From: Octopus bimaculoides
Taxonomy: Eukaryota
Direction of reading: 5' to 3'
NCBI RefSeq assembly: GCF_001194135.2
Contig: NC_068998.1
Coordinates: forward strand, 33,757,677 to 33,799,813
Length of the DNA: 42,137 nt
In this document: piece after piece, positions 37,245 to 42,137 of the stretch
How the letters are laid out: each line of letters starts with the position of its first letter
Position numbering within the stretch: position 1 is the stretch's first letter
Notes under the pieces: model-generated
Told to the model about the DNA's origin: nothing
Seen by the model: only the letters and a program-made list of their open reading frames with translations
The model's database searches: none
Program-made: the position numbers and the translations under genes

Positions 37245-37493
37245 GCCTAAGCAGTAGATCAGTAGATCTAATCAGTAAGCTATGTTTCACTGTATTCTTT
37301 TACTCTTTTACTGGACTACAAATGGACTGTAGCTAAGCTATGGCTCAACCTTCAAGGCTTTTAACCAATTAATGCTAACAGTTACTTTATCATTCTCAGA
37401 TAGTTGGAAAGCGAAGTCAACATAGACAGGATTTGAACTCAGAATATTACTATAAAGTTTGTCTGATGCTCTTTTGATTTGCCATCAACCTGA

Positions 37494-37532
<39 letters not shown>

Positions 37533-37572
37533 GATCTGTGTTTATGAATATTTGTTTATTTTCTATTTATTA

Positions 37573-37828
37573 AAATTGCTTTGCAAATGAGTAAGAAAGA
37601 TAATGCAATGTCATAACCTTATATGGTTAATGGACTGGTGGGGTAGTTTGGTTGAATAAGATTGTTTAAAGGTGTTCAGTCATGATGATGTTGATAATGA
37701 TGAGGATGATGATGATAATGACTTAACACCTTTATACATCTTTAATCAACCAAACTACCCCATCAGTCCATCAACCATATAAGGTTATGGCTTTGCATTA
37801 TCTTTCTTATTCATTTGCAAAGCAATTT
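37573..37828. repeat. Imperfect ~104-bp inverted repeat around a (GAT)n spacer
   Basis: 37573-37676 versus 37725-37828 align as reverse complements with scattered mismatches. Confidence 0.9.
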
Positions 37829-39379
37829 CTAAGTGAATTACAATTTCTTGGATTATATTATTTATCAGAATTAAAATAGTTTTATTTTATGCTTGGTGAT
37901 TTTAATCTTTTATTAAAAACAATATGTTAAGACACGAGCTATCAAGAGAGCTTCTGAGCTCAAATTACAACTGATGACAGCCAAATCTCTCACAACCATA
38001 TCTTAAAGCAGGAAGGATATACATTGTTATGTAGGCTTAGATCACTATTGCTGAAAAATTAAGAGGAAATGGTTAAATATGGAATGTTTTACAGAATGGT
38101 TCTGCTTGATGAGGCTTACCTAAATTAAGTAACAACAGCATGTTAAGATTTGTAAAATATTGTTATAACAAGCAATATGATGATTAGGCAGATTCATTTG
38201 TCATTTATTACACATATTTTAGTGAAGCATTCCTCCTTATTTCTGCAACTTCTGGGACGGTAATACATTAGCAAATAACTACAAACATTTCATTAGAATC
38301 TTTTCACATGAGCAATGTAATTAAGTTGAGTGAGATAATTTAGCAAAGCAAATTTCATTTCCTTCTGATGCTATTTCTGGTTGATGTCAAAATTCCAAGA
38401 GGTAGAACAGGTAGTGAATGTTATTAAGTTTCCTTCAAATTTTTACATCTATTTTTAGCAAATTGAAAGTTTTCCTTTCCGTAATTTTGTGTAATTGAAA
38501 TCCATTTTCACCAATATTCTTTAAAACTAGCACTGTCTTTATTTCTTTGAAGAATCTACTATTTTGGAAGATATGTCTATCAGTGGTTGTTGGACTTATT
38601 GTTCTTATTTATCTTCAATTATGAACTGAATATTGATTTTGAAAACTGCCATCAATTTTCTAATGCTGATTTATTTCTGTGATGCCACACTTTTATGTGC
38701 TGGTCAACATGGTAACAGATCACACTATCTCAATTTTCTCATGCAAAATAGAATTCTTCTTGCCCATGTCTTTCATAGAATGTACACACATAACTACTCG
38801 AAGAACTAATAAACATTTTTTTCATGGACAATAATGATTATAAATGAATGCAAATCAATAAATTAACAATTGGTTTCTGATAAAGTTCTATCAAGAAGAT
38901 ATTCAATGCAGACAACATGAAATGGAAACAAAAGCAAAATTAATCATTTTAAGTCTTCTGCTTTTTAATAACTGAATTAATGGTAGCACCAGTTAGCTCC
39001 CTTTGTTAGAGTTGTAGCGTAGATTGATTCCGGTGTTGTGTACTAGTAGTTATGAAAGTAAAAATAACAAACATTTATGTTTGTTAATGTAGGGCTTCTT
39101 AAATTCACTATTTACTGTGTAAGTTGGTCTAAGCAGAAGAGAAATAACACATGGACATAATACCGTTACCACTATCTCTCTTTCTTTGTGTCAGCATCAA
39201 CCCAAATTAAAAAGAAATGAAATTTTTATAGAATTTAGAATAGCAATGGCAAAGTTGCCTGCTTTCTAAATGAAAAAAGTAAATACTGTAAAAAATTGAC
39301 AACTTGTCTAAGAAAGTACAGTATACCATCTACAGAATTGCAAACAAACATTTCAGTACCTTAAAAGAGAAGAACTCAC

Positions 39380-39442
39380 ATCTTATCAGGATGTTATCTC
39401 TGAGAGGAATAGTTTCTACCATGCTATTTCATATTGTACCCT
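39380..39442 (-). pseudogene. Candidate exon GTI*NSMVETIPLRDNILIR
   Basis: actcttttcag| acceptor and consensus |gtgagt donor. One TGA in the best frame. Confidence 0.4.
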
Positions 39443-41823
39443 CTGAAAAGAGTCTTCAGTAGGTTTCTATGAGTTATCTCACTCCATCTATCCATCCAAT
39501 GTAAGTGCAACTCTTATTATGAACATGACAATAGATCAAGATACATCCACAGAAGTACCAGTAAAATATCATCTTCCTCCCCATCATCATCATCCTCATT
39601 ATCACCAACAATATTTTTGGTGATTAGGTCAAAGGCGGGACAGTTCCATTTTCTAGACTCTTGAGACCAATGCCATTACTATTCAGTTTCAACTTCTATA
39701 AGTTGATATCTGAAGTAAAAAGATTAATGTCTGGTAAAGTTCATAGATAAGTACAGGGCCTGGGATGAGATGTGAGGCATAGTAAAGATGGTGGTGACCA
39801 GGAAGATATGTGGAGTAACTGTTCTTGAGCAGAAAGCACAATGAGTGGAACAAAACGTTGGTGGGTAAGATGTAGTGCAGTACAGCAGTCAGGGTATATT
39901 TATCATTCAATAAAATAACTTTCTTTTGAATCTAGCGTACAATGATTTCATGTATAGCAGCACCTGAAGTAATTCATGTGAGGTGTAGTCCATTACATAA
40001 ATTACTATCAGCACCAGTGACAACAACAATGCCAGCCAACCAACTGAAAAACCTATATATGATCCTTCCATCTACCTTAATCAACTATTAACCAACCAAA
40101 TTTCCCTCAAACGCAGCCTACTATCTTATAAGGAAGAGATGCATCACAGAATTTAGTCCAGCATACATAGCATCCAAATAAAAGATGTAATAGTCATAAA
40201 TTAAAATGACTTTAGTCATAAGGTGTGCTCAACCAGGGTTGATCTGAGGTTGAATAACAACAATAAATGCAGCAGCAACTGCAATGAAGAGGGAAGTTCT
40301 ATGCAGTTACTTGATCTGCTGGAAATGGTAGGTAAATTTCTCTCAAAGTATGCTGCAATCTTAATAATTAAAAGGGCAAAATTAATAACAGAAAGAAACT
40401 CATAATAATGCACAAAAAATACAAGTTGGTCTGAAGTGGAATCATAAATCTGCTCAATCTTCATAGATTTCTCAATGGGGCTTCATATTGGGCAATATAA
40501 CATCTTTGTCACAGCAATTACAATTGCTAAAAACATTATCATGACCACAATTATCATCAAGAGTATCGCCCCACAGTCAATATTATAACCTGGAGCAAAG
40601 GAACTACTGCGGTCATCTGACTTGCTAGAAATAACAACCACAATTCCTTCAATCACTTATTATTATCATAAAACAGAAAGGAAGCAGATATTGTAATGCT
40701 GAATATACAAAAAAACAGCACGGTCAGTGCAAGAATAGTTTTAATCAAGATTGCTGAGAGCAGCAGTGGAGGCTAGACTGACCCTGGGGCAGGGCAACCT
40801 AGTAAGGGTCCAAACTATAAGCTCCTGAAAGTTCTAAATTATGAACAACTTAATACCCCTAAGTTATGGTTTAAAGAGTCATATTAATCCTGAAGATTAA
40901 GGGCAGAAATAAGAAAATAGAAAATATTGAGTCATTATTGTACATGCATGGTTTTGTGCATGTGCACTTCCTTATAACTTTTGTAATAATGCTTATTTTT
41001 TAAATGAAATTTTCCACCGATACATATTTGATACATAATTACAATAATGCTTGTGCAATTAAAATATATGCATGATTAAGAATTTTATGAGGAAATGCAT
41101 GGTAATCTAAACAATAATTTATTGTTACATAAATACAATGTCAGAAATTCCTTTAGAAATGTTAAGTAATGTAGAAGTGAAAATTATCATGATTAAATGA
41201 AATGAATCTTATTTGCTTTTTTAGAAGTAAACGTTTCATTTCACTGAAGTCAATTTTCCCTGCAAATTGACTTTCAATACTAAGGGTAGCTAGGTCATTC
41301 TGTTTCTCCTGTGTCATTGTGCTCTTCACGAAGTCATAAAGATCTTTCTGTAGATGCTACCTTCACTGGGTTTATGCCAAATATTCACTGTACAAGTGAG
41401 AAAATGTCCTTTAACTTATGCATTTTTATTATAATTAAAACATGTGCAGCTGTATATCTTCCTCAAAGTTTGATATATGTTCTGTTTTAAAGCACCTTAT
41501 TTTCTCTTGCATAGATTCTGAGAGATCATTTGTGTATTTGTTTCAATATTCTTGCACATGCAAAGTTAAGTTCATCAGCTGTCATGTTTCTATACTGCCA
41601 TGGAATGCTCTTTTGAACCACATCAAGTGAAATTCTCTAAACTTTGCTAACATTTCATATAAGTACCAACCTGTGGGGGAATATGATTGCCACAATATGC
41701 ATAGATGCTGCTGCTAACATGACAAGACAGCACAATCTTTTTTTTTTTTTACCAGAGACAAACAACTGCATAAAAACAATTTTCTCTAGATTATCAAGAC
41801 TGAATATCATTAAAACCAATTCA

Positions 41824-42137
41824 TCTATATATATAAAAATGAGAATGTGTGTCTGTCTGTCTGTGTGAATCCCTAAAACTCGAGAACTACGCAACCAATT
41901 TCATTCAAATTTTACAGATGCCTTACTTAGGGTTCCAGTTGTGTTTTAATCAAAAAATTTTTTAAACTTCTTGCAGAGTTCGAGCCCACGGCAACATAAT
42001 ATCCCCTCCACTATTTAAGTATTACGTGTCAAAAGTGAAACAAAAACACTCATGTCAAATACTTTCACTTTAAAAATGAAACTATTCCACTAACTGAAAC
42101 AATCACATTTCGATACTGTAATGACAGATACTTTCAG
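41824..42137 (+). mobile_element. 5' end of a non-autonomous Helitron-like element (runs off window)
   Basis: A|TCTATATATATAAAAATGAG start, a (CTGT)n tract, then aactacgcaaccaatttcattcaaatttt. This layout is typical of animal non-autonomous Helitrons. The 3' hairpin/CTRR is not in the window. Confidence 0.7.

Overview
AT-rich, microsatellite-dense animal DNA. The SINE, RTE-tail and Penelope repeats resemble those I recall from Octopus, so the taxon is inferred, not verified. I see no intact protein-coding gene, rRNA, tRNA or CRISPR array, and most listed ORFs are microsatellite or low-complexity artefacts. The first 11 kb is a stack of decayed TEs: an R4/Dong LINE, a mariner carrying a 1.68-kb ORF1(gag)-only retro-insert with a 7-bp TSD, an abutting Tc1/maT-like element, SINEs and Penelope-type ends. 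From about 12.3 to at least 39.4 kb the minus strand carries a long series of GT-AG-bounded exon-like segments. Many chain in phase into an unrecognised protein, but most contain premature stops. This most likely represents a decayed multi-exon gene that the ORF track largely misses. Its introns hold further SINEs, a mariner, two Penelope GIY-YIG remnants, a hAT MITE and three long hairpins, and a Helitron-like 5' end closes the window. One minimal hammerhead ribozyme with an intact core (181-224, minus) and several variant or degenerate ones are visible.
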